From contig JBEKIT010000009.1 in NCBI GenBank assembly GCA_050011555.1, positions 17,807 through 81,806 on the forward strand: a stretch of DNA of 64,000 nt. Direction: 5' to 3'. The notes below the pieces were generated by a model, which saw nothing but the letters and a program-made list of their open reading frames with translations, was not told where the DNA came from and did not search any database. Both the position numbers and the translations under genes were made by a program. Below are positions 47,466 through 56,198 of the stretch, piece after piece. Position 1 is the first letter of the stretch. Every line of letters starts with the position of its first letter. The DNA is from Candidatus Dormibacteria bacterium (lineage in GTDB: Bacteria; Chloroflexota; Dormibacteria; Aeolococcales; Aeolococcaceae).

Positions 47466-48566
47466 TCAGCCGGTCCGGTGGGCGACGAAACGCGCGATCG
47501 CCGCGAAATCCTCGACCCACCGGGCGTCGAGCCCGGAGCTCGCCACCGCGGACATCGCCGCCTTGCAGGTCTGAGCGGCCGCCACGGCGGTGCCGTCGGG
47601 CTCGCCGAGCGAGGCCAGGATGTCGCGGATCAGCTCCTCCCCATCCTCCGCCGCCGGCTCGGCGTAGAGCTGGCAGAGCCGCCTCTGCTCGGCGTAGGAG
47701 GCCCGGGAGAAGGCGCTGACCACCGGGTAGGTGAGCTTACGCCGAGCCAGGTCGGAGGTCCGACCCTTGCCGGTCCGGTCCGGGTCTCCGAAGCTGCCGA
47801 GCCAGTCGTCCCGGATCTGGAAGGTCTCACCGAGCAGCCGGCCGGCGTTGCGCAGCTTGGTCACGGTGCGGGTGGAGGCGCCGGCCAGGATCGCGCCCAT
47901 CTCCAGGCACGCACCCAGGAGCGCCCCGGTCTTGGCGGTGATGAGCCGGACATAGGTGGCCCGCGGGGTGTCGGGCCGGCCCTCGAGGGCGAGGTCGAGG
48001 CTCTGTCCCTCGATCACCTCGAGCACCGCCTGGCTGAGGGCGCGGGCGGCCCGCATCCGCCGGTCGGCGCGCGGGCCCGGGGCCAGCAGGGCGAGGTAGG
48101 CGGTCGCGAAGAGACCGTCGCCGGCGTTGATGCCCTGGGCCTCCCCCCAGACCGCCCAGACGGTCGGCCGGTGCCGCCGGGTCGTGTCGCCGTCCTGGAT
48201 GTCGTCGTGGACCAGCGTGAAGTTGTGGACGAGCTCGACCGCCGCCGCCGCCGGGACCGCCCAGTCGGGCTCGCCGCCGCAGGCCTCGCACGCCCAGACG
48301 GCGAGCCCGGCCCGGAACAGCTTGCCCCCGCCACCCGCGGTCGGCTCCCCCTCCGGGGAGGCCCAGCCCAGGTGATAGGCACACATCTTTCCCAGTGGCG
48401 AGCTGCTGGGGGGCAGCGCCCAGCGCAGGGCGTCCTCGACCAGCGGCAGGTGACGGCTCAGCGAGAGGGGAAGTGCGGGCGGTGCGTCCTCCGGCGCGAA
48501 GGCGTCGCGGTCGTCCTCCGCGATGGCCCCGGCGGCGGAGAATGGGACATCGGCGATCACGGACAT
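47466..48566 (-). CDS. Short-chain polyprenyl (FPP/GGPP) synthase
   Basis: GGKLFR, HNFTLVHDDIQD..RR, GQ..D, KT, FQIRDDWLG. Confidence 0.92.
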   Translation of the reverse strand: MSVIADVPFSAAGAIAEDDRDAFAPEDAPPALPLSLSRHLPLVEDALRWALPPSSSPLGKMCAYHLGWASPEGEPTAGGGGKLFRAGLAVWACEACGGEPDWAVPAAAAVELVHNFTLVHDDIQDGDTTRRHRPTVWAVWGEAQGINAGDGLFATAYLALLAPGPRADRRMRAARALSQAVLEVIEGQSLDLALEGRPDTPRATYVRLITAKTGALLGACLEMGAILAGASTRTVTKLRNAGRLLGETFQIRDDWLGSFGDPDRTGKGRTSDLARRKLTYPVVSAFSRASYAEQRRLCQLYAEPAAEDGEELIRDILASLGEPDGTAVAAAQTCKAAMSAVASSGLDARWVEDFAAIARFVAHRTG

Positions 48567-48588
48567 GCTTCTCCTCCACGTCCCCTGA

Positions 48589-48610
48589 AAGTTCTCTGAT
48601 GGTAACTATC
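48589..48610. promoter_or_regulatory. Candidate MarR operator over hpn operon -10
   Basis: AT-rich AGTT-N10-AACT inverted repeat containing TACCAT (minus 48599-48604); GGAGGAG RBS at 48571-48577. Confidence 0.45.
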
Positions 48611-48744
48611 CGCACCCGCCGCCAGCAAGCCGCCGGGCCGGAGCCCTGAGGTCGAACGGGCGGAAGGAGGCTGGTGGCTCCTGGGCTCCCAGGCCACGGG
48701 GCGGCCGGCTGGGATTCGCTGACCCGGTGTGTACCATTAACCTC

Positions 48745-49227
48745 GTGACAACCATCGAGAGCGGGAGCCCGAGCCCTCAGGTTCGCCAGGTGCTGGGAGC
48801 CTACCTGGACGCGAGCCTCCTCACCGACGGGCTCCAGACCGAGCTCTGGCGCGAGGCGCGCCTGACCCTGCCTCAGCTGGCCGTCCTCCGCAGCCTCCGG
48901 GACGGCGGTCCTCAGACCGCCGGGCGGCTGGGGGAGACCGTCGGGCTGTCCCCCGCATCGGCCACCCGGCTCTTCGACCGGCTCGAGGAGCGCGGCCTGG
49001 TCCGCCGCCGCCGGGGACACGACGACCGCCGCTGCGTCGAGATCCACCTGACCTCGCGCGGGCGCCAGCTCGTGGGCGCGGTCAGGGCGCTCCGGAACAG
49101 CCCTCTGCGGCGCGCCGTCGAGGCGATGAGCGAGGCCGAGCAGCGCTCACTGGCGACCGCGCTGCGCCGGCTCGCGGATCAGGCGCGCCGGCTCAAGCGG
49201 CTCTCCCCGCGGGTCGCGCTGCCGTGA
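48745..49227 (+). CDS. MarR-family regulator divergent from hopanoid operon
   Basis: LTLPQLAVL, LSPASATRLFDRLEERGLV, DDRR..LTSRG. Confidence 0.92.
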   Translation: MTTIESGSPSPQVRQVLGAYLDASLLTDGLQTELWREARLTLPQLAVLRSLRDGGPQTAGRLGETVGLSPASATRLFDRLEERGLVRRRRGHDDRRCVEIHLTSRGRQLVGAVRALRNSPLRRAVEAMSEAEQRSLATALRRLADQARRLKRLSPRVALP

Positions 49228-49240
49228 GGACGGCCGGGCC

Positions 49241-50233
49241 GTGAACCTGCGGCGCCGCCTCGTCCCGCTGGTGGTGGGGCTGGCGACGGTGCTCGGGCTG
49301 CTGATGGTGGTCCAGCCGTCCCGCGTGCTCGTGGCGCTGCGTGGCACCGACCTCCGCCTGGTGGGAGCGGCGGCGCTGGTGACGGTGGCCTTCTACACCG
49401 TTCAGGGAGTCCGGTGGCACCTCCTGCTCCGGGCGGCGGGGGTCAGGCTGCGCCTGCACGAGTCCGTCCTGATCAACCTCGCGGGGCAGACCGTGACCGC
49501 GGTGCTCCCGCTCGGCGACCTCACCCGGGCGCTCTTCGCCAGCGAGGCGACCGGCGCCCCCTTCGGCGCGGCCGCCGCGGCGGTCACGGTCCAGGAGCTC
49601 ACCTTCACCTCGCTCCTCGTGCTCAGCGCGACCCCGGCCCTGATGGGGATCCCGGGCGGCTGGCTGATCACCACGGTGGTGCTGGGGGGCGTGGCGGGAA
49701 CCCTGCTGATCCTGCTCGTGCCGGCCATCTACCGTCCGATCCGCGCGCTCCTGGGCGTCATCCCCGTGGTGCGCCAGGCCGCCGTGCAGGTCGACACCCT
49801 GCGCCGCGAGAGCGTGGTCCTGCTCACCCGGCCGGTGGCGATGGCGAGTGGTGTCATCGACCTGGCCCGGGTCGCCCTCGCCGCCGGGGCCCTCCAGCTC
49901 CTCCTCCACGCCATGAACATCCAGCGCGGGTGGTGGCTGGCGGTCCTGGTGGTGGCGGTCGCCTACGTCGGCGGGGCCCTCAGCTTCCTGCCCGGGGGCA
50001 TCGGCGCCAACGAGGCCAGCGTGATCGGGGTCCTGATCGGGTTCGGTGTCCCGGTCGGCCAGGCCGCGGCGGTCGCCCTGCTCGAGCGGCTCCTGCTCAC
50101 CGGGGTGCCGTCGGTGGTGGGGCTGCTCGCCTATGCCGCCATCCATCGCAGGCTCCACCTGGGCAGCCTGGTGGCCTCGCCCCGGGCCGCCCTCTCCGCA
50201 GCTGGCGCTCCAGCCTGCGAGGTGGCCGCCTGA
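49241..50233 (+). CDS. LPG-synthase TM / flippase-like membrane protein (HpnL/AglD-like), paralog 1
   Basis: RW..LL, LPLGDLTRA, LSFLPGGIGANEA, LLER. Confidence 0.8.
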   Translation: MNLRRRLVPLVVGLATVLGLLMVVQPSRVLVALRGTDLRLVGAAALVTVAFYTVQGVRWHLLLRAAGVRLRLHESVLINLAGQTVTAVLPLGDLTRALFASEATGAPFGAAAAAVTVQELTFTSLLVLSATPALMGIPGGWLITTVVLGGVAGTLLILLVPAIYRPIRALLGVIPVVRQAAVQVDTLRRESVVLLTRPVAMASGVIDLARVALAAGALQLLLHAMNIQRGWWLAVLVVAVAYVGGALSFLPGGIGANEASVIGVLIGFGVPVGQAAAVALLERLLLTGVPSVVGLLAYAAIHRRLHLGSLVASPRAALSAAGAPACEVAA

Positions 50234-50235
50234 CC

Positions 50236-51339
50236 GTGTCCGGTCCCGGCCCGCCACCGCCGCGTCGCGGCCGGCGCTCCGTTCCTGCGGAGGGCCCCGA
50301 GCCCACCTCGGCCCCAGCTGAGGGCCCTGCCCGGCCGCGACGCTTCCGGGCCACCCAGTTCATCCCCATCGCGGTGGGGCTGGGCGCGGTCGCGGCCCTC
50401 ATCGTGGTCTGCAACCCGTTTGCGCTGGGAGGGGCCATCGCCCAATTCAACCTGCTGCTGATCCCGGCGATCCTCGCCCTCTCCGCCGCCTACTACGTCC
50501 TCCAGGGGCTGCGCTGGTACTTCCTGCTCCGCGACGTCGGCGCCCGCATCGGCATCGGCGACAGCATCCTCCTCAACATCGCCGGGCAGTCGACGACCAT
50601 GCTCCCGCTCGGCGAGCTGAGCCGGGCGGTGTTCGCCAGCGAGGCGTCCAGCGATGTCGAGTTCGGCGAGGTCGTCGCCACGGTGACCGTGCAGGAGCTG
50701 ATCTTCACGCTCATCCTCATCCTCATCGCCGTCCCTGGGGTGCTCTCCATCCACCGCGCCCTGCCGGTGCTGATCGTCGCCCTGGTGGGCATCGCCGGCG
50801 TCTTGGTTCTGCTCCTGGTGCCGGCCTGCTTCCATTTCGTCCACCACCTGGTCGAGCGCACCCCGGTCCTGCGCCGCTTCACCGGCCAGGTCGACCGCCT
50901 CCGCCAGGAGACGGTGGTGCTGCTCCAGCGCCCCGATACCTTGGGCTGGTCCTTTCTCAGCCTGGCCGGGGCGGGGGTGTCGGTCACCCTCTTCTGGCTG
51001 GTCGTCTGCGGCCTAGGCGGTGACCTGAGCTGGCCGGTCACCTCGTTCGTCCTGGCGGCGTCCTACGTCGCCGGGGCGGTGAGCCTGATCCCGGGAGGGA
51101 TCGGCGCCGCCGAGGCGAGCGTGGTCGGGCTCCTGGTCGTGGTCGGCGTCGACCCGGCGACGGCGGCCGCCGCCGCACTCCTCCAGCGGGTCGCCGACAA
51201 GGGCTTCGCCACCCTGATGGGCTTCATCGCCTATTCCATCGCCCGGCGCCGCTTCCGGCTCAGCGGTCTGACCGCGCTCCGACCCGGCCCCCCCGCGCAA
51301 CCGGGGGCCGCGACGACCATGGAGCCGGCCGGTGCCTGA
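50236..51339 (+). CDS. LPG-synthase TM / flippase-like membrane protein, paralog 2
   Basis: RWYFLL, LPLGELSRA, SLIPGGIGAAEA, LLQR; start inferred. Confidence 0.8.
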   Translation: MSGPGPPPPRRGRRSVPAEGPEPTSAPAEGPARPRRFRATQFIPIAVGLGAVAALIVVCNPFALGGAIAQFNLLLIPAILALSAAYYVLQGLRWYFLLRDVGARIGIGDSILLNIAGQSTTMLPLGELSRAVFASEASSDVEFGEVVATVTVQELIFTLILILIAVPGVLSIHRALPVLIVALVGIAGVLVLLLVPACFHFVHHLVERTPVLRRFTGQVDRLRQETVVLLQRPDTLGWSFLSLAGAGVSVTLFWLVVCGLGGDLSWPVTSFVLAASYVAGAVSLIPGGIGAAEASVVGLLVVVGVDPATAAAAALLQRVADKGFATLMGFIAYSIARRRFRLSGLTALRPGPPAQPGAATTMEPAGA

Positions 51340-51497
51340 CGCCGTCGGCCTGGGGCGCCATGCTCAAACCCCGCGCCGGGGGGCTGTCGCCGGAGCCCGA
51401 ATCGGGGGCCTCGACGCGCCGGCCAGGCTGGTACCCGCGGCCGGCGGTACCGACGATTCGATGAGTTCAGACACGTTGGGTGCGTTCGCTCCGACCT

Positions 51498-51538
51498 GTG
51501 TATCACCCCGACCCGTGTATCACCCCGATGGGTGATAC
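51498..51538. promoter_or_regulatory. Direct + inverted repeat operator upstream of ABC operon
   Basis: GTGTATCACCCCGA x2; GTATCACCC-CGAT-GGGTGATAC perfect 9-bp inverted repeat. Confidence 0.6.
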
Positions 51539-51793
51539 CGCGAGCGGTACTGAGGCGTACATTGGGCAGCGCATGAGTTGGCACCGTGGTCGGGGCGTCT
51601 CCGATCGGGGGGCCGTGGTCGGGAGTAGGATCGCGCTCACCCACTGGGCGCGGCGCCCCGCATCCGCGGTTGCGCGACGAGACGGCGCGTCCCCGTGTCG
51701 CGACCGAGGTTTCCCCCGCCGGCGCCTCCCCGTTGCATTTGGTTGAGCCGGCGTATCCGCCCGGGGCCGGGCGTCGTCAGAAAGGAGGGAGTC

Positions 51794-53767
51794 ATGTCCG
51801 TGGAATCGTCTGAGCAGGGCGGCAACGCTCGCCGGGGTTGGGGGGCCAAGCTGCCTCACCGGCTGTGGGTCGTCGTGGGCCTGGCCGCCATCGGCGCGGC
51901 CGCCTGCGGCTCGACCAGCAGCAGCAGCAGCAGCGTCAGCACCAACGTCGCCAACATCAACCCCACGGCCTGGAACACGTCGACGGTCTCGTGGCTCGCC
52001 GCCAACGCCAACTCCACGGGGACAGCGCCGTCGACGCCGACCGGGACGCTGAGCCTTGCCGGCTCCACCGACGTCTCCGGGATGCTCGACCCGCAGGGCG
52101 AGTACGACACCATCGGCTACAGCGTGCTCCTGACCATGGACCGTACCCTGGTCGGCTACCCGCCTTCCACCAGCTTCAACACCGCAACGTCGCTGGTCCC
52201 CGACGCCGCCAGCTCCTACACGGTCAGCTCCGACGGGTTGACCTACACCTTCAAGATCCGGTCGGGGATGAGGTGGGCGGTGACCGACCCGACCACCGGG
52301 GCCCCGGTTGCCCCCGACGACGGGACACCGGTGACCTCCCAGGACTTCGTGACCGGCCTCGAGCGTGAGTGCGACCCGACCCTGGCCCCGAGCGGCAACC
52401 CCAGCTACTACACCTCCACCATCGCGGGCTACAGCACCTTCTGCAGCGGGTTCGAGGCGCTCCCTGCCACCGACACGGCGGCTCAGCGGGCGGCCTACAT
52501 CGCCGCCAACCCGATCTCGGGACTCTCGACCCCGGACAGCTCGACGCTGGTGGTGACCCTCAGCGCGCCCGCGTCGGACTTCCTGAACATCATGGCGATG
52601 TTCTTCGCTGCCGCGGCACCGCCCTCGTCGTTGAACTACGTGCCCTTCACGGCCGGCAACCCGATCTGGTCCGACGGCCCCTACGAGGTTCAGACCTACA
52701 CGCCGGGTCAGAAGATCGTGCTGGTTCCCAACCCCTACTGGGGCGCCACCACGGGCACGAACACCGCCGCCACCAGCTGGAGCAACGACCCGATCCACCA
52801 CCGCTACGTGGCCTCGATCAGCATCAATGAGACGCTCGGCTCCGACGCGGCCGCGGACGAGGTGCAGGAGGAGATCCAGGCTGGCACGCTGGACCTGGAG
52901 TGGAACACCACGGTCCCGGCTTCATCGCTGCCCAGCCTGGCCAACTACAGCAACGCGGAGTTCGGCAGCTTCCCCTCCCCGGGGATCACCAACCCGTACC
53001 TGGTCTTCAACCTCCAGGCGAGCACCCCGCTCCAGAACGTCAAGGTCCGCCAGGCCCTGGAATACGCCATCAACAAGGTGGCACTGGCCAAGATCTACGG
53101 CGGCACCGACTTCAACGTGCCCCTGAACCAGGTCTTCGGCCCGGGCGCGGAGGGCTACATCTCAGGCTACGACCCGTACCCCACCCCCAACAACGAGGGT
53201 GACGCCGCCAAGTGCAAGTCGCTCCTGAAGGCGGCGGGCTATGCGAACGGGTTCACCATCACCGACTTCTATCGCACCGACGGCAACCACCCGGCTATCT
53301 TCGAGGAGGTCCAGAAGGACTTCGGGGCCTGCGGGGTGACCGTCACCGGCAAGGGCATCTCCCAGGGCTACTACACCTCCTCGGGCATCCTGCAGACCTC
53401 GGCCAGCGCGCTGGCCAGCTCGGGATGGGACATCACCGAGCCGGGCTGGGTCCCCGACTGGTACGGTCCCGCCGATGCCCGGTCGATCCTCCCCGACCTC
53501 TTCGGGAGCTCGGACTTCCCGGGCACCAACTGGGGCGACTTCAGCAACTCGACCGTCGACAACCTGATCACCGAGGCTGAGACGGCTCCCACGCTGGCGA
53601 AGGCCACCTCCCTCTGGCAGCAGGCCAACAAGGCCGTCATGGCGCAGGCCCCCTTCATCCCCTTCCAGGGACAGCTCACCAACCTGATGCGCGCATCCAC
53701 GGTCCACAACGCCATCTACAACCCCTTCTCAGCCCAGTACAACCTCGCCGACATCTGGCTGAGCTGA
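51794..53767 (+). CDS. Peptide/nickel ABC substrate-binding lipoprotein (family 5)
   Basis: AAAGGAGG RBS, lipobox AAAC, SSDGLTYTFKIR, GPY, PNPYW, VRQALEYAINK. Confidence 0.92.
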   Translation: MSVESSEQGGNARRGWGAKLPHRLWVVVGLAAIGAAACGSTSSSSSSVSTNVANINPTAWNTSTVSWLAANANSTGTAPSTPTGTLSLAGSTDVSGMLDPQGEYDTIGYSVLLTMDRTLVGYPPSTSFNTATSLVPDAASSYTVSSDGLTYTFKIRSGMRWAVTDPTTGAPVAPDDGTPVTSQDFVTGLERECDPTLAPSGNPSYYTSTIAGYSTFCSGFEALPATDTAAQRAAYIAANPISGLSTPDSSTLVVTLSAPASDFLNIMAMFFAAAAPPSSLNYVPFTAGNPIWSDGPYEVQTYTPGQKIVLVPNPYWGATTGTNTAATSWSNDPIHHRYVASISINETLGSDAAADEVQEEIQAGTLDLEWNTTVPASSLPSLANYSNAEFGSFPSPGITNPYLVFNLQASTPLQNVKVRQALEYAINKVALAKIYGGTDFNVPLNQVFGPGAEGYISGYDPYPTPNNEGDAAKCKSLLKAAGYANGFTITDFYRTDGNHPAIFEEVQKDFGACGVTVTGKGISQGYYTSSGILQTSASALASSGWDITEPGWVPDWYGPADARSILPDLFGSSDFPGTNWGDFSNSTVDNLITEAETAPTLAKATSLWQQANKAVMAQAPFIPFQGQLTNLMRASTVHNAIYNPFSAQYNLADIWLS

Positions 53768-53784
53768 CATCCGCATTCAGGGCT

Positions 53785-53816
53785 CGGCACCTCCGCCCCA
53801 CCGGGCGGAGGTGCCG
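53785..53816 (+). terminator. 14-bp hairpin after SBP gene (terminator or mRNA stabiliser)
   Basis: CGGCACCTCCGCCC-CACC-GGGCGGAGGTGCCG. Confidence 0.7.
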
Positions 53817-53902
53817 GCCCACCGGCCGGTCGCCATCGCTGAGATGCGACACCGAAGCGCCACTCCTGAGCCAACCCCCCTCTCTCCCCTAAACACGCTA
53901 TC

Positions 53903-55054
53903 GTGGTGACCGACGTGACGATGCCCGGGAGTGAGTCGACGAGCCCCTCCGGGCACGGCCCGAGCCTCATGAGCTTGCTGAGCGTCCGCGACCTGACCGT
54001 CTCCTTCCCCACCTCCGACGGGGTGGTGCGTGCGGTCCGAGGGCTGTCCTTCGACGTCGAGGCGGGGCGGACGCTGGGCATCGTGGGCGAGACCGGCTCC
54101 GGCAAGAGCGTCACGGCGCTCAGCCTTCTCGGGCTGAACCCCGGAGCCGACATCCGTGGCTCCGCGATGTTCGAGGGCCGGGACCTGCTGGCGATGAAGC
54201 CGGATGAGATCCGACGGATCCGTGGGGCCGAGATTGCCATGATCTTCCAGGACCCGCTCTCCAGCCTCCACCCCTTCTACCGGGTGGGCTGGCAGATCAC
54301 CGAGGCGATCCGCACCCACACCCGGGTGAGCCGTGGCCAGGCGATGCGGCAGGCGGTGGAGCTGCTCCGCCTGGTGAGCATCCCCCAGCCGGAGCGCCGG
54401 GTGCAGGCGTTCCCCCACGAGCTCTCGGGAGGCATGCGCCAGAGGGCGATGATCGCCATGGCCCTGGCGCTCCGACCCAAGCTGCTGATCGCCGACGAGC
54501 CGACCACGGCCCTGGACGCGACCGTCCAGGCTCAGCTCATGGAGCTTCTCGGCGGCATGCAGCGGGAGCTGGGGATGGCGATGATCGTCATCACCCACGA
54601 CCTCGGTCTGGTGGCCACCGTGGCCGACACCGTCCTGGTCATGTACGCGGGCCGCGGCGCCGAGAGCGCGGATTACCGAACCATCTTCAGCAGCCCGCAC
54701 CACCCCTACACCCGCGGTCTCCTCGCCTCGATCCCGGGAGCCACCGGGAGCGGCGGGCGGCTGGTGCCGATCGTGGGACAGCCGCCGAGCCTGATCCGGA
54801 TCCCGAGCGGCTGTGCCTTCCATCCCCGCTGTCCCTTCGCCATGGACGCCTGTGTTCGCGAGCAACCCACCCTTGCCCCGGTGAGTGGCGGAGAGGGGCA
54901 CTGGTCGGCCTGCTGGCTCCCGCCCAGCGCGGTCGGCGTCGGCGCGGACGCCGACGCCGACCGGAGACGTTATGTGGCGAGCCGGCGGGGGCCGGCAGCC
55001 CTCCGGCTCCGCGGCGTCGCGGCGGCCGCCGCGGGGGGCGTCCTCCATGCCTGA
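53903..55054 (+). CDS. Oligopeptide ABC ATPase (OppD/DppD-like)
   Basis: GETGSGKS, LSGGMRQR, IADEPTTALD, HPYT, GCAFHPRC; start uncertain. Confidence 0.94.
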   Translation: MVTDVTMPGSESTSPSGHGPSLMSLLSVRDLTVSFPTSDGVVRAVRGLSFDVEAGRTLGIVGETGSGKSVTALSLLGLNPGADIRGSAMFEGRDLLAMKPDEIRRIRGAEIAMIFQDPLSSLHPFYRVGWQITEAIRTHTRVSRGQAMRQAVELLRLVSIPQPERRVQAFPHELSGGMRQRAMIAMALALRPKLLIADEPTTALDATVQAQLMELLGGMQRELGMAMIVITHDLGLVATVADTVLVMYAGRGAESADYRTIFSSPHHPYTRGLLASIPGATGSGGRLVPIVGQPPSLIRIPSGCAFHPRCPFAMDACVREQPTLAPVSGGEGHWSACWLPPSAVGVGADADADRRRYVASRRGPAALRLRGVAAAAAGGVLHA

Positions 55055-56198
55055 GCCAGTCCCGGTGGAGCTCCCTCCACCCGGCGGGGAGACGCCGCCG
55101 GCCCACCGGCCCTCGGCCGAGACCCTGCTCCGGATCGAGAACGTCGTCAAGCACTTCCCGATCAAGCGCGGCATCTTCTTCAAGCGCCAGATCGGCAGCG
55201 TCCAGGCCGTGGAGGGCGTCAACCTCGAGGTCCATCGAGGGGAGACCCTCGGTCTGGTCGGTGAGACCGGCTGCGGGAAGTCGACCCTGGCCCGCTGCAT
55301 CACCCGGCTCCACCCCCTCACCTCCGGCCGGGTCGTATTCGACGGGGTGGACATCAGCCGTCTCTCGGTGCGCCAGATGCGTCCCTACCGGCGCCGGATG
55401 CAGATGATCTTCCAGGACCCCTACGGCTCTCTGAACCCGCGCCGCCGGGTCGGCTCCATCATCGGCGACCCGCTCGCCATCCACGGCGTGGCCGAGGGCT
55501 CCGAGCGCAAGCGGCGGGTGCAGGAGCTGATGGAGACCGTCGGCCTCAATCCCGAGCACTACAACCGCTTCCCCTCCGAGTTCTCCGGTGGCCAGCGGCA
55601 GCGCATCGGGGTGGCCCGAGCCCTCGCCCTCCGGCCTACCCTGATCGTCTGCGACGAGCCGGTGTCGGCCCTGGACGTCTCGGTCCAGGCCCAGATCATC
55701 AACCTGCTCGAGGACCTTCAGGGAGAGTTCGGCCTCACCTACGTCTTCATTGCCCACGATCTGGCCGTCGTCGAGCACGTGAGCGACCGGGTGGCGGTCA
55801 TGTACCTGGGCAAGGTGGTGGAGCTCGCCGACACCGCCGAGCTGTTCGGCTCCCCCCGCCACCCGTACACCGCCGCCCTGCTCTCGGCGTCGATGGTCGC
55901 CGACCCCGAGAAGGCCCGCGCCTCGCACCGGGTCGTCCTCTATGGCGACGTTCCGTCGCCCATCAACCCCCCCACCGGCTGCCGCTTCCACACCCGCTGC
56001 CCCAAGGCCCAATCCATCTGCTCGGCGGAGGAGCCACCCCTCGAGGTGAAGCCGGGAGATCCCGCGGGCCACTTCACCGCCTGTCACTTCCCGGTGCAGC
56101 GCGGCGAAACCCTGGTGGGGGCCACTCCCGAGTTCCACCAAGCGGCCGCCGGCTTCGTCGCCATCTCGCCGGGGACGGCTGCGGAGGGCGGCGGATGA
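55047..56198 (+). CDS. Oligopeptide ABC ATPase (OppF/DppF-like)
   Basis: GETGCGKST, FSGGQRQR, CDEPVSALD, GCRFHTRC. Confidence 0.94.
   Translation: MPEPVPVELPPPGGETPPAHRPSAETLLRIENVVKHFPIKRGIFFKRQIGSVQAVEGVNLEVHRGETLGLVGETGCGKSTLARCITRLHPLTSGRVVFDGVDISRLSVRQMRPYRRRMQMIFQDPYGSLNPRRRVGSIIGDPLAIHGVAEGSERKRRVQELMETVGLNPEHYNRFPSEFSGGQRQRIGVARALALRPTLIVCDEPVSALDVSVQAQIINLLEDLQGEFGLTYVFIAHDLAVVEHVSDRVAVMYLGKVVELADTAELFGSPRHPYTAALLSASMVADPEKARASHRVVLYGDVPSPINPPTGCRFHTRCPKAQSICSAEEPPLEVKPGDPAGHFTACHFPVQRGETLVGATPEFHQAAAGFVAISPGTAAEGGG

Noticed and set aside
47466-48566. Inactive prenyltransferase because the second motif is DDWLG
   Set aside because: DDxxG second motifs occur in functional short-chain synthases; the first motif and RR are intact
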